A stretch of 64,000 bases of DNA from the NCBI RefSeq assembly GCF_006345805.1, contig NC_042998.1, forward strand, positions 108,562,001-108,626,000, written 5' to 3'. Below are positions 52,610 to 64,000 of the stretch, piece by piece. The number at the start of each line of letters is the position of its first letter. The first letter of the stretch is position 1. The notes under the pieces were generated by a model. That model was not told the origin of the DNA. It did not search any database and worked only from the letters and a program-made list of their open reading frames with translations. Origin of the DNA: Octopus sinensis (Eukaryota). The translations under genes and the position numbers were made by a program.

Positions 52610-53366
52610 CATATATATGTATGTATGTATGTTTTTGTGTATTTGACATAAGAAATGTAATATATAACAGGCGTGGTAATTTGAAACTAGTAACTTATTA
52701 ACATTTTACTTACAAGTAGGCAAACTACCATTTTGGTTCTTTGGTTCAGATAGAATTTATTGTTGAATTAGTTTGAATAAAAACTTTTATTCTTAGTGTG
52801 GAAAAGAATATTAAAAGTATAATACTGTTCAAGGAGGGATGAAGAAAGTGAAAGTGATTATGTTTCGGATGTTTTTTGTGTGTGTCTGTGTGTGTAGTAC
52901 TTTTATCTACAGGGATGCTAATTCACGCTATTCGAATGAGGCATAGGTATGATTTACTTTATTACACATTGGTAATAAAACTTAAACTTAACGAGTAAAC
53001 GGATTGACATTATAACTAATTGCAAAGAGTTAACTGTGAACTGATATTATTTAATCATAACGTTTGAGTTAGAGATGTGTGGTTCTATATAAAAATTACT
53101 AGTTATTAATTACAACGAATTTGGATTGGATGTTTAAATGTAGAGACGATGGAAATAGCTATTTTAAGTTTGGTGATCTGATATCTGGGAGTCAGTGTTG
53201 TAAAGAAGGGACGAAAGTAGAAAACAGTGTAGTGTAGGAATGCGTTAGTCATTATGAGTATGTTTCTGTATCTGTTAATTTACCAGTTGTACTATATTTA
53301 TATGAAGATCTATAGCCATTATGCTATGAATACATACATACATACATACATACATACATACATACA

Positions 53367-53398
<32 letters not shown>

Positions 53399-53712
53399 CC
53401 TGATATAAGGATTTGGGATAAAGAAGAGAAACTGTGCACAGTTATGGAAATTAGCTGCCCAGCGGATGTTAACATAAAACTGAAGATCAGTGAAAAAGAG
53501 AACCCATGTGCTGAACTATTGAGAAATCTGCAGTTACTCCGTCCAGATTACAAATTCAGGTTAACACCTGTAATTATTGGGGCCCTGCCTAAATACCAAT
53601 TTTGAGAAATTAGGCTTCTCAAAACCAGAAAGGAGAAAGCTAATTCGAAGACTACGGATCCAATCCCTCACCGGAACTGTAAAAATCTGTAAAACTTTCC
53701 AGAAGTTTATTA
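53399..53712 (+). mobile_element. R4/Dong-type RLE fragment, second copy
   Basis: PDIRIWDKEEKLCTVMEISCPADVNIKLKISEKEN...PVIIGAL; homologous to 10926-11263 and directly preceded by (ATAC)n. Confidence 0.8.
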
Positions 53713-53761
53713 TTTTAATATATAGGCGCAGAGGCTGTGTGGTAAGTAGCTCGCTTCCCAT

Positions 53762-55215
53762 GAGGCTTTGAGACTTCCCATGATTCTTAGTTGTCGGTGT
53801 GCGCATGTGCCATTGTGTTGTGCACTGAAGAACTCATGTCCTTCATGAAATATTGACTTTGAGGCTCGACTACAGGTAGGCGTTTGTTGTATGTTTTTGA
53901 AGGCTTAGTGGAGTTTGTTGCCCTGTATTTAATATTTTTTGGTGAGCAACAGTCTCCACTCCGCTCCAGACATTTACCTGTCTGTGGTCGAGCGTAAAGA
54001 CTCACTTTGCAGTGAGAATTGTGTTTATGAGGAAGCGTAGCCCCACCTAAAAAATTTAATTTGTTTGCGAAAACTGTATTTGTATTGGGAATTCCCACTG
54101 GATTACCAAGGAGTATCAAAGCAGGAAGGACTATTTTTGCGATTGGAGTACCTGTACCGGAGTTGTGGAAATGCGTTGCCGTTGATTGAACTGTCTTCCT
54201 TCGTTCTTTTTCTCTGCTCTGTCTTTCCGTTCTTTTTTTGTGTTTATTATTGAACTTTTATTTAGAACTTTGAACTTTTTTCTTGAACTCTTTTTCGTTT
54301 TTCGTGTTTTAAAATCATGGCAACAAAGAAAACCACTGTGTTGGAGTGAGAAATTGAATCCCCCCCAAGCAGTGGATAGAGGACCGAAATGAGAGAATGG
54401 TGGTGTTAAGGACGTACTTCAAGTCGCTTGACACCATCACTGTGCTCTCGTAGGTCGAAAGTGAAAAGGAGTTCGCAGAATACCTGCCAACTATTAAGTA
54501 TATTGCAATGGGTGTCAAATTCGCAAGAGTGTGGTTGCTATTCGACACCCCTAAAGAGGCTAGCATGTTCGCTAGTCAGCTCCTGGAAGGGGAAAAGATT
54601 GTGTTCCTCCCCACATATCGTGGGAGGAAATTGACAAGAGCCTGGGTGAGTGGGCTGTCACCCGGAATAGAGCCTGAGTGGATAGAGGATACTCTCCGCC
54701 GGGGTCTGGGTGGCAGTGGAACCAGGCTCTTGAATGTTAGAATTCTCCCTGTGGCTGATTCGGTGGGGTCGAAAGCAATTTTGACCCTATGGACCCAATC
54801 AGCCAAAGATCTGGTCTTCCCAGATTTTCTAAAGATGGCCGGTTCTAGGTATCCGGTGACTCTTGAGGGACGCCCCACCTCCGCCAAGTGTCACCTGTGC
54901 CTGGACTCGGGCCACATCAAGAGGAATTGTCCCAACAACCATGCAAAGGCACTAGAAAAATTAATAGAGGAGGAGGTTTTTCCTCCAACGGAGCTTCCTC
55001 ATTATATAACGGAGGGAGAGGTTGAGGAGGAGGTAACCCCCCACGAAAGGAAAAAAAGAAAGGTGGGCAAAACTGGTTGCCCACCGACCGGGATCTGGGG
55101 CAGTACCTATGGGCAGCCCACAGCCGGGTCAGGGGCGAAAAAGAATAGGCCTAGCGTCGAAATGTGTAAATATTTTTGTAACAGGGTTATTACCTCAATA
55201 TGTGTCTATCTTTAA
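53762..55215 (+). mobile_element. L1/Tx1-like element with long 5'UTR and ORF1 only, copy 1
   Basis: Disrupted ORF from ATG 54317, open from 54508. No endonuclease or RT sequence follows; the 5'UTR is homologous to 55510-56314. Confidence 0.65.
54508..55215 (+). CDS. Gag-like ORF1 protein remnant with RRM-like region and CCHC zinc knuckle
   Basis: RAWVSGLSPGI (RRM-like), then V.LEGRP and CHLCLDSGHIKRNCP (Cx2Cx4Hx4C) at 54889-54930, then an acidic/basic tail. Upstream stops suggest a pseudogene. Confidence 0.7.
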   Translation: MGVKFARVWLLFDTPKEASMFASQLLEGEKIVFLPTYRGRKLTRAWVSGLSPGIEPEWIEDTLRRGLGGSGTRLLNVRILPVADSVGSKAILTLWTQSAKDLVFPDFLKMAGSRYPVTLEGRPTSAKCHLCLDSGHIKRNCPNNHAKALEKLIEEEVFPPTELPHYITEGEVEEEVTPHERKKRKVGKTGCPPTGIWGSTYGQPTAGSGAKKNRPSVEMCKYFCNRVITSICVYL

Positions 55216-55509
55216 AAGAACGTTTTTAAAAGATTCATTGATGTAATTGTCTTTAATTGTAATGGACATTTTGGTTCATAAAAGTGTAATGATATTCTAA
55301 GAGGTTTAATACCTCATTTAGTATTTTTTTTTAAACAATGTTTTAGAGAAGCAAAAGTCGGCGGGCGCTTTTTGTCTTCTCCCATCATTATCATCTTTGC
55401 ATCATTATCATTCACCTCATTAATGTATTTGTCCAACCCGCAAGCTACGATACTCTATGTACTGCCTTTCTGGCAAATTCGATAAAATAAAGTAGCTAGC
55501 TTACCTTAC

Positions 55510-56882
55510 TTGACAGAAGAGTTCGCATTTGTATGCGACTTGGAAGTCACGTCTTCCGACGTGAAATATTGAAAGTTTGAAGCTCGACTACAGGTAGGCG
55601 TTTGTTTTATGGGAGGGGTCATAGTGGAGTTTTGTTGTTCTGTTATTAATAATTTTTGTTGAGCAACAGTCTCTACTCTGCTCCAGACATTTGCCTGCCT
55701 GTGGTTGTTCGAAAAGAAGAGAATTGTGTTTTTGAGGAGGCGTATCCCCTCCGCAAAAATTTGTTGGCTGTAAAAATTGTCTTTACTATTTGTGGATTAC
55801 CAGTTTAAATTACCAAAGGTCGGCTGCAGGGTGAGCGATTTTGTTTTTTCTGAGCTGGGTAAAATTATTGTGTTTTATTTTTATCACAGTATATTCTGCC
55901 CAGCTCTGGGGCATTTTCACTTACTCTTGGCGGTGTTGTGATTGTGCTTGTTAACAAACAAGTGAAGAACAAGGTGAATATTTTCACTACAGTTATTTTG
56001 GAAAAAATTGGTGTTTGCAAGCTGTGCGTGGTTTTGAACCCGGAAACGTTGGAAGGAATTTACCAGGAGGATTATCAAGAGATTTGAAGACTGCAAGTGA
56101 GCTGGGAGCACCGTATAGCACGAAAATTGTATTTTCTGAACTGCTGTCTTTTCTTTCCTTTTGCTGAACAATTTTAGTTGGACTAGTATTTTATTTCTTC
56201 CAATTTTAGTTGAACTGTGTTTTTATTTTTATTATATTCAAAGACATTTTGTTATTTTTGGTTGAGTGACTTTTTTCTTTGTTTGAACTGTGTTTTATCG
56301 ACATTGCTGATAAAATGATAAAAAATAAACCACTGCTTTGGAGTGGGAGATTGTCCCACCCAAGCAGTGGTTAAAAGATATGGAGGAGAGGACAGTGGGA
56401 GTTAGAACTTACTCTCACGTTTTTTATACCATCACCGTCTTCCCAAAACAAACCATTGAAGAAGAACTAAAAGACTATTTGTCCCCTGTAAAATATATAT
56501 CCCGGGGTGTCAGGCATGCAACGGTGTGGTTGCTGTTTGACACCACTGAGAAGGGTTGCAATTTTGGAAGCCAGCCTTTGGAGAGCAAGGAAATTTTGTT
56601 CCTCCAGTTGTACTGCGGGAGGAAGGTGAAAAGAGCCTGGGTATGTGGGATACCCCCGGGCATAGAGGCGGGTTGGATAGGAGATACCGTCCGCTATCTC
56701 CCAGGCCCTTAAACGTAAGAGTGATGCCTGCGGTCAACTGGGAGGGTGCAAAGGCAACTTTCATCCTGTGGACCCCAGTGGCTGCAAACAAAAATGACCT
56801 TCCCCGACTTTTTGAGGATGGCTGGCTCCAGGTATCCAGTGATTCTTGAGGTCCCCCCCCCAAGTGACATTCGTGCCGCGAT
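55510..56882 (+). mobile_element. Diverged second copy of the ORF1-only element, truncated at the zinc knuckle
   Basis: ATG 56315; KQWLKD...VWLLFDT...FLQLYCGRKVKRAWVCGIPPGIE...FPDFLRMAGSRYPVILE parallels copy 1. Ends aag tga cat tcg tgc cgc gat, where the first knuckle Cys has become a stop. Confidence 0.7.
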
Positions 56883-59800
56883 AAAATCTTTACCAAATAT
56901 TCTTCAAACTCTCAAGAACTTGTAATTCAAACACAGATATATTGTTATAAATATTAAAATTACAAACTGTTCTTAAGTGAAAAAGTAATCGAAGTCAGGA
57001 AGCTCTTATAAAATCCATCGATTAAACTTACCAGAAAATTCACACAGAATATATCACCTGGAACAAAAGATAAAATTTGGTGTAGTTAAAGAGAAAATTT
57101 TGTTTAGATGAAGAAACACTTGTTTTCCCTCTCAGTAACAATGTTTTAAAGGACGTTGTCAATCATTTATCTCTGATAAATCTATTACATGAAATCATTT
57201 GATTAATCGCAACTATCTTTAATGTGTAATTAGCTTTAAAACATAATTAACCCTATTCACTTCGGAGGAAAGGATGCTTATCGGATTCCATTTCAGTAGG
57301 TCATATGAGCTTTCTATAAACAATAGGATTGTAAATAGCAAACGTTTTGTGATTTCAGCAGGAAAAAAATTAGAGCTTTATAGTTACAATCATTCGATCG
57401 AGATGGTTACTATCAATCGAAAACATTCGTCAAGATAGCAATCAGTTTTAGAGAAGACACTTTGAGGGCTACAATATAAAAACACCATCTCTGTTTATGT
57501 ATTTGGTTACAAGACCTACATCTGACTACACAAGGTATGTGAGTGTGTATAGCGGTGGTGGAGTGGAGACTGTTATGAGATGTCTGTTCGTATGGAAAAT
57601 GGAATTGTAAGACATAATGATAATGTAACAGTTTCGTCAGGGATACCATGTTTTAAACATTATTTATAGCGTAGTCAAAGGAAATGTTCTGCTGACATGA
57701 ATCAGTGAGTAGGACTCATGGACTAGAGAGTAAAAGAAGTAGCGATCTTACCTTAATACTTGCAATAGAATGGTTTCCGCGAAAACACTCAAAGTTACAG
57801 AAAACCTCCTTTATCATACTAATGTTTAATAAATAATTATAGCTTGCAACATCAGCTAGAAAATTATTTTACACCTACAAATCAGTTGTTAATATACAAG
57901 TTTCTGCGTAGAATGTGGTTGGGTGTTTAAGAAGTTCGCTTTAAAATCATGTGGTCCTAGTCAATTCCTAAATAACACAGGATCTATTCCGTCTCAATCA
58001 CAGATTTTTTAAATATCTTTTTAAACTAAGCAGCTTGAAACTTGGAATACTGGTATAATTTCTCACGTAGAACACAGTTTACTCTGAACGTTTTTGACAA
58101 AATTTGATATTTTAGAGGTTATTTCGTGTTAAAGTGTTCTATTCGCATGGCGAGAGAACCACCTTTATTCTTTCTTCCTTTCTAGTCAGCTCCGTTCATT
58201 CTTTACTCTTTCCTTCCCTCCTACACTATCAACTAGCAACCAGCGAGTAAATCTGTCACTGCCACTACATTTACCATATTTTCCGGTGTATTTGTTATGT
58301 TTTACCTTCACGTTTTGATAATGTTATTTTTTATCTAATAAAGATTTTTATTTTGTTTGTTGTTGATTATAGTAAGATAAAATCATAACAATAACAATAC
58401 ATCTGATAGTTGTAAAATAAGGCCTTTTGAAGCTACATATACGTCAACAAAAACAAAAAAGCTAGCTGTGATTCTTCGAAGTGACATTTAGCAGAGATGA
58501 TCTGGAAGTTTTTCCTCTTCGATTACTATCGCAAACAATAGCAGCTTTCTTTAGCCGAATACTATAAGACGGAGAAAAGCTACCAGCTCGCGGCTGCAAG
58601 GCTTGAACCCGTACCCCTCGGATATCGTACCTCTCACATATCTTAAAATTGACGGTAATTGTTGTCAGGGATCGTTTAGCTTAATGGTTAGAACACCTAA
58701 TGTCAGCCAAATTCTGAAAGGAAGTAAAACTGGAAGATAAGCAAATGAAAATTAAATTTAAAATGGAATTAAATATAAAGTTGAAAAAGAAACATGATGC
58801 TTGCTAATAGGTGAGGGAGATAATAATGGGGACAAAAGCAGCATAGAAATTGTTACAATTTCCAAATGAGCTTTATTAGGAGTGATTTTCATTTTCTTAT
58901 ATAATTCTCTATGAAATAATTATTAAACAGTCCTTACTACTTCACATTTCTTTATCTTGTAATGCTAAATAGTTTTCTAACTATCTATTTCCAGAACTTT
59001 TCGTTTCACTTCTCACCGCGATCTCTTCCTCGCCTTTTTCATTTTTAACATTCTCATACGGGCGTTATAGTCGAAGACTGGAAAAAACTGTATCGAACTT
59101 TATCAATAAATAAGTTAATTTAAATCAAAAACGGGCGTTTATTATATTTAGGTATATAAAACAAACGCCACCTGCGATGTAATAAAATATTTCATGTGAC
59201 ACTCAAAACACTATCGTTTTAGTCAATATTACGTCCAAAATAGTAATATTTACACATTTCGAAATTAACTAATAACCATGACATTTTAAATTGAGGACCT
59301 TGAGCTTAATCTACCCTGACGAGTCGATAATCTTGATAAATTCTATGATCGTTTGTTTTGTAATAACATTCTGGTTAACACCAAATACTGAGCAACATGG
59401 GGTATATGGGAAGTTCTGAGTGTATTTGATAGGGAGGAATAGAAAGTGACCGAAAGAAGGAAAGGAATGATAAAGATAAGGAGGATGTGTGGTAAAGCTA
59501 GACTTGTTTTGATATTTGCGTGCGCGCCTTTGTGATGGGTAGTATAGTTCATTTGTTTAACCTCAGTCACAGCAGGCAATTCCTCCATGAATTCAGATAT
59601 TGGGTCAAGAAGCAAACTTAGTTTTGGTATTGAAATTCATTGTCTGAGCTGACAAAAGATGTTCCCTTAAGGGTCATTTTAACTACTTCTTGTGGTACAG
59701 TGATATAGGAAGATAATGTTTTTGTTTAGTTTAATTTGTTTATATGTTCTTCTCTTGTACTGTTCGATGCTAATGTCGGTTAGAGTTTCTCTGTCTCATA

Positions 59801-61242
59801 ATGTTCTGTTCAAATTCTGGAAAGGATACCTTGATCTTATGTTTGCATGATATAATTACTTCGGAATATTTATTAATTATGTTTTCCCTGGATGTGAGGA
59901 TCTTCAGGGTTTCCTCTAGACATAACTTACACACCCGCGATGTTCAGGTGTGTGGTTTATGTTTACAATTATAGACCAGTTGGTTGCATACTCCACTTCA
60001 TTCCGTTTGAGCTTCCATGTGAGGTTAGATAATGATGTGCAGTGCCTTTCGTTTTCATTGGAAAATGACATAAGATGCTTGCGCAGACGATTTTTTCATG
60101 GTGTTTCTGGTTCCACCAATGTACACATATTCTAGTGCACCCGTGTATGTGTATATATATATATTTTTTTTTTTCACACACAATTTACGTATGTGTATAT
60201 ATAAATACGTATGTATCTGTGTATATGCGAACAATGGTTTTCAGAAAGCAATGGGACTGCAGGTAGAATATTAAATATACATAAGAATAATTACTAAAAT
60301 TCTTTTCCATACGCATTTAATAAAATTATAATATTTTGACTGATTTATATCCTCTCTCAAAAAGTAAGATGAATAGGAGAATGTGACTAGGTTTGCTTCT
60401 ATTAGAGATATGTAAGCGGTGGTAAGACGCAACGGCTTCATTTGTACATATGTTGCATACGCTGAAGTAGGTAATAGTTTGTATGAATCTGACTTCCATA
60501 TCGGTACAATAATTGCTTGTCTCTTGTACTTAAATGCTGCTGCTATGTTAAGCCAGAACAAGTGTTTCATTGTTCGTTCCAAACATAAGTTTTCAGTACA
60601 ATGAGTTGTGCGTTAGATATTTCTCACACAAAGTTATTCAATCCATGTTGTGTGAAGGTCATGGGCCAAAGAGAAAGTGGGAATGACACTGAAACACCAT
60701 CTTTTCCAAGAATATAATCTAGAGATAACGTTCATCGTCGTGAATAAAAGAATAACAACAAAATAGCATGAAGTACTACTGTGGCAATAATTTCTTTCAG
60801 ATGTCGGGATAGTAGTCAAATGCTATAAGCTAAAAAATATATGTAAATGAAATAAAATGAAGGTTTGATTTCTAAATAGTTTGGAAATGAATATTTGAAC
60901 AGGTAAGCATGCAAAATTCCTTAAGATTCACAAAACAACACAAAACAGAAATAAGGGGTAGGAGTAAAACTGACATCGTTGAATTAAGTTTGTATTCCGT
61001 CTATCCAACCAGCTAATGTGAAACATTCCAATGTTCCACGATATCCAAGCATTCTGATTCAATTTTTCTTAACACTTCCTCACTTTCGAAAGACTGAGAA
61101 AATAACATTATGCTCATTTTGCTAGAATATGCCTTCCTCCTGACAAATTCCAGATCCTTTAATTCCAAGTCTACGACACTGTGGTTGCCCTTCTACCAAC
61201 CTCATGTTATATCAAGTGTAAACTCTGAAATTACCTTAGAAG

Positions 61243-61345
61243 TTTGAAACGGGACGTCGTCCAGGTGATCGCTTCTGCAAGCACGTTCATAATGTTCGCA
61301 ATAACACCCCAAACAATATTCACACCAGTAACCAGATATTTCGCT
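61243..61345 (+). mobile_element. Penelope-like GIY-YIG fragment
   Basis: FETGRRPGDRFCKHVHNVRNN matches (YIG)ETGRRLGDRFxEHxxxVxxN. Confidence 0.55.
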
Positions 61346-62108
61346 AGGCCACCCTTTTAAGCAGATTTAATTCAATCCCCATTAATTTTTCCTCTGAGTT
61401 TTCCAGCGTCGCGAGGTATTAGTGAACGTCTTTCGCTTTCGTAGCCCGACTCTACGTTTACGTATTTCTAGTTATGTAACTTCAGTTACTTTTATCCCTT
61501 TCCTATATAGTATACATGGTTAAATACATATATTTGTGACGTTTTATAACTGTGTGTATAGTTACATGTACACATAGGTATGTATGTTTGCGTACCAAAT
61601 ATATGTATGTGTGTTTTTTATAATTTCCCTCAACCTTTTTTTAAACACGATCTCAACGCTTTTAAAGTTTTCTGGTATTCCTTTTGGTTTTTCATCACTG
61701 TCAACGTTTCATCTATTGTGCTAACGCGTTTCTTCTTGTTTCTTCTCTCGAGCATTGTCTCTCACTTTCCTTCATCCTTCCTTATTTGTCACTATTATAA
61801 TAGCTATACACATGTCTAGTTGATGAAAAATTTTCTCTTCTCATCTGCATTATTTCGTTGCTTTTGGGCTCCATTTCAATGCGCGGTCCATTGGATATCT
61901 ATTTATTCCTAAAGTCTCGGGGCATGAGATTTAAATAACCTTCTTCAATAAGGCATGAGGTATATTTCGAAATCTTTGCATTCTTGCCGTCGTTCGTCAT
62001 CAAAAAGCATGAGTTGATAATTTGTTGAGTCATTACTATCTATCTATATATCTATCTCCTCCCCCTCTCTCTCCACGCACACACACATATGTGTGTGTGT
62101 ATATATAT

Positions 62109-62142
<34 letters not shown>

Positions 62143-62144
62143 GT

Positions 62145-62195
<51 letters not shown>

Positions 62196-62214
62196 AATAT
62201 ATATATACATACAT

Positions 62215-62271
<57 letters not shown>

Positions 62272-62274
62272 CAT

Positions 62275-62450
62275 GTGACCGCGTGTGTATCGTTGGCGAT
62301 TTTCTTTCTCCGTCTTCCCTCCTTGGACCTTTCCTTTTTCTATGTTTCTGACGAAGAGCTCCGCTCGAAACGTTAAATCGTCCTTCTTTCTTTCCTTTTC
62401 TGAGCGTCCAATAACACTATACTTGTTCCACGTCCTCGCGTTGTTGCGTA
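62275..62450 (+). mobile_element. Penelope-like terminal-repeat derivative, family A
   Basis: Homologous to the reverse complement of 793-999; flanked by microsatellites. Confidence 0.55.
62344..62378 (+). ncRNA. Minimal type-I hammerhead ribozyme motif with intact core
   Basis: GUUU CUGACGA A GAGC-UCC-GCUC GAA ACGU U AAAU: all conserved core nucleotides present, one extra purine before stem II, palindromic helix III. Confidence 0.6.
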
Positions 62451-62482
62451 TATAACTATATACATACATGCATACATACATG

Positions 62483-62514
<32 letters not shown>

Positions 62515-62543
62515 CATACATACATACATACATACATACATAC

Positions 62544-62598
<55 letters not shown>

Positions 62599-63520
62599 AA
62601 TCCCAGGGATCGGGGTGTAGGAAAAAGTTAGCTTCGAGCAATCCGCAATGAATATAAAAACCCAACTTTCTGGAACGATAGTGGATTATTGAGACTGAAG
62701 GTTGCAGATATTTTTCCTTTATCGAAAGAACGATGAGCTGAAGAAAAGTTCTTTTTATATTCCCGAGTAGGGCACCATGGTTGCAGAGTGTGCGAAAAAG
62801 AATACAAGAGTTACGGAATGGAGTATGAGAAATCCGGGCTACATATTTTTCATAGCGAGTGGAACCTTAAAAGTGGTAAAATCCAAGTAAGGTGTATACC
62901 GCCGGCTACTCTTCAACCCAAGGATATCTTGATTAAAGGTTACATTGTTGCAAAGAGGATTAAATCAGAATGAGTGGAGGGCTCATTATGTAAGGAGTAT
63001 ATATATGAGGGGAGAAATAATAGAAAGGAAGGAAGAACAGAAAGAAAAATAAATAGATAAAAATAAAATAAAATATAAGGAGTGAGAGAAAGGAGGAATT
63101 AGACGGGTCGGTGACAGATAATATAGTAGTTTTAGCTTAAGGAACTAGTTTTTTTTCATTCGTAAAATATGCATTTTTTAAAAAAGAATAATGTAGTCTT
63201 CCAGTCTTATTGCTATGAAGGTATGATGTCGGGGAGAAAAGTTACTGAGGTTTAAAAATCAGAAAAACTATGTATTTTTAGCTAATAGCGAGACAGAAAT
63301 TTTCTGCGTTTAGCAGAGCGGTGTCAACTTTAAGATTGTACTCTGTGAAATTTATAGTTTAGTGTGTGTGACATGGCCTGTTCATTGTGAGCTTCCAAAT
63401 AAACAGAAATACCTAATAAAATCAACATGTATCATCTTACTGTTTCTTTTGTCTTTTCATTGATTGTATGTTTCAATTCTTTTTTAAAATTTGCTATATC
63501 ACTATATTTGTCTGCTTGGG

Positions 63521-63932
63521 GCTGCGAGCTGGCAGAATCGTTAGCACGCCAGGCGAACTGCCTGGCGGTATTTCGTCTGCCGTTACGTTGTGAGTTCAAA
63601 TTCCGCCGAGGTCGACTTTACCTTTCATCCTTTCGGGGTCGATAAATTAAGTACCAGTTACGCACTGGGGTCGATGTAATCGACTTAATACCTATGTCTG
63701 TCCTTGTTTGTCCCTTCTATGTTTAGCCCCTTGTGGGTAATAAAGAAATGGGTATTTCGTCTGCTGCTACGTTCTGAGTTCAAATTTCGCCGGGGTCGAC
63801 TTTGCCTTTCATCCTTTCGGGGTCGATTGAATAAGTACCAGTTACGCACTGGGGTAGATGTAATCGACTTAATCCCTTTGTCTGTCCTTGTTTGTCCCCT
63901 CTATGTTTAGCCTCCTGTGAGCAATAAAGTAA
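63521..63932 (+). mobile_element. Head-to-tail SINE dimer
   Basis: Full SINE 63521-63750 followed by a headless copy starting ggtatttcgtctg at 63751. Confidence 0.9.
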
Positions 63933-64000
63933 TAAATATATTTATCTGCATGCATTCACTTTATGCGTATTTCGGTATTATGTATACCTGTCATGTATTT

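Noticed and set aside
58590-58700. tRNA gene
   Set aside because: Only a T-arm-like half on the minus strand and a D-arm-like half on the plus strand, divergent and non-contiguous; no cloverleaf. At most decayed tRNA/SINE fragments.
59343-59615. 90-aa non-repetitive ORF
   Set aside because: No recognisable motif, non-ATG start and no splice support; length is within chance expectation.

Overview
AT-rich, extremely microsatellite-dense eukaryotic DNA. The SINE families and the (TA)/(CA)/(ATAC)/(TATC) load suggest an octopod (Octopus) genome; this is an inference from repeat content. No host protein-coding exon could be supported, and most ORFs in the track are translations of simple repeats. 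The window is a layered transposon graveyard. It holds a near full-length decayed CR1-like LINE (4.1-7.5 kb, -) and an RTE LINE (11.5-14.9 kb, -). It also holds Dong/R4-type restriction-like endonuclease fragments, several Penelope-like (GIY-YIG) fragments and their terminal-repeat derivatives, and Tc1/mariner, piggyBac-like and Chapaev-like transposase fossils. Lep1-type Helitron-like elements, a hAT-type MITE and many tRNA-derived SINEs complete the set. The most notable signals are: (1) two families of minimal type-I hammerhead-ribozyme motifs, with a compensatory change in stem I; (2) three near-perfect fold-back palindromes, one inside a Penelope ORF and two with their apex on hammerhead core nucleotides; (3) a tandem pair of elements carrying only a CCHC gag-like ORF1 and no RT (half-L1-like), with a conserved long 5'UTR stem; (4) an exact 206-bp local duplication inserted into an old MITE; (5) a (TTC)n tract flanked by a 65-bp duplication at a hairpin tip. 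All alignments and folds were done by eye.
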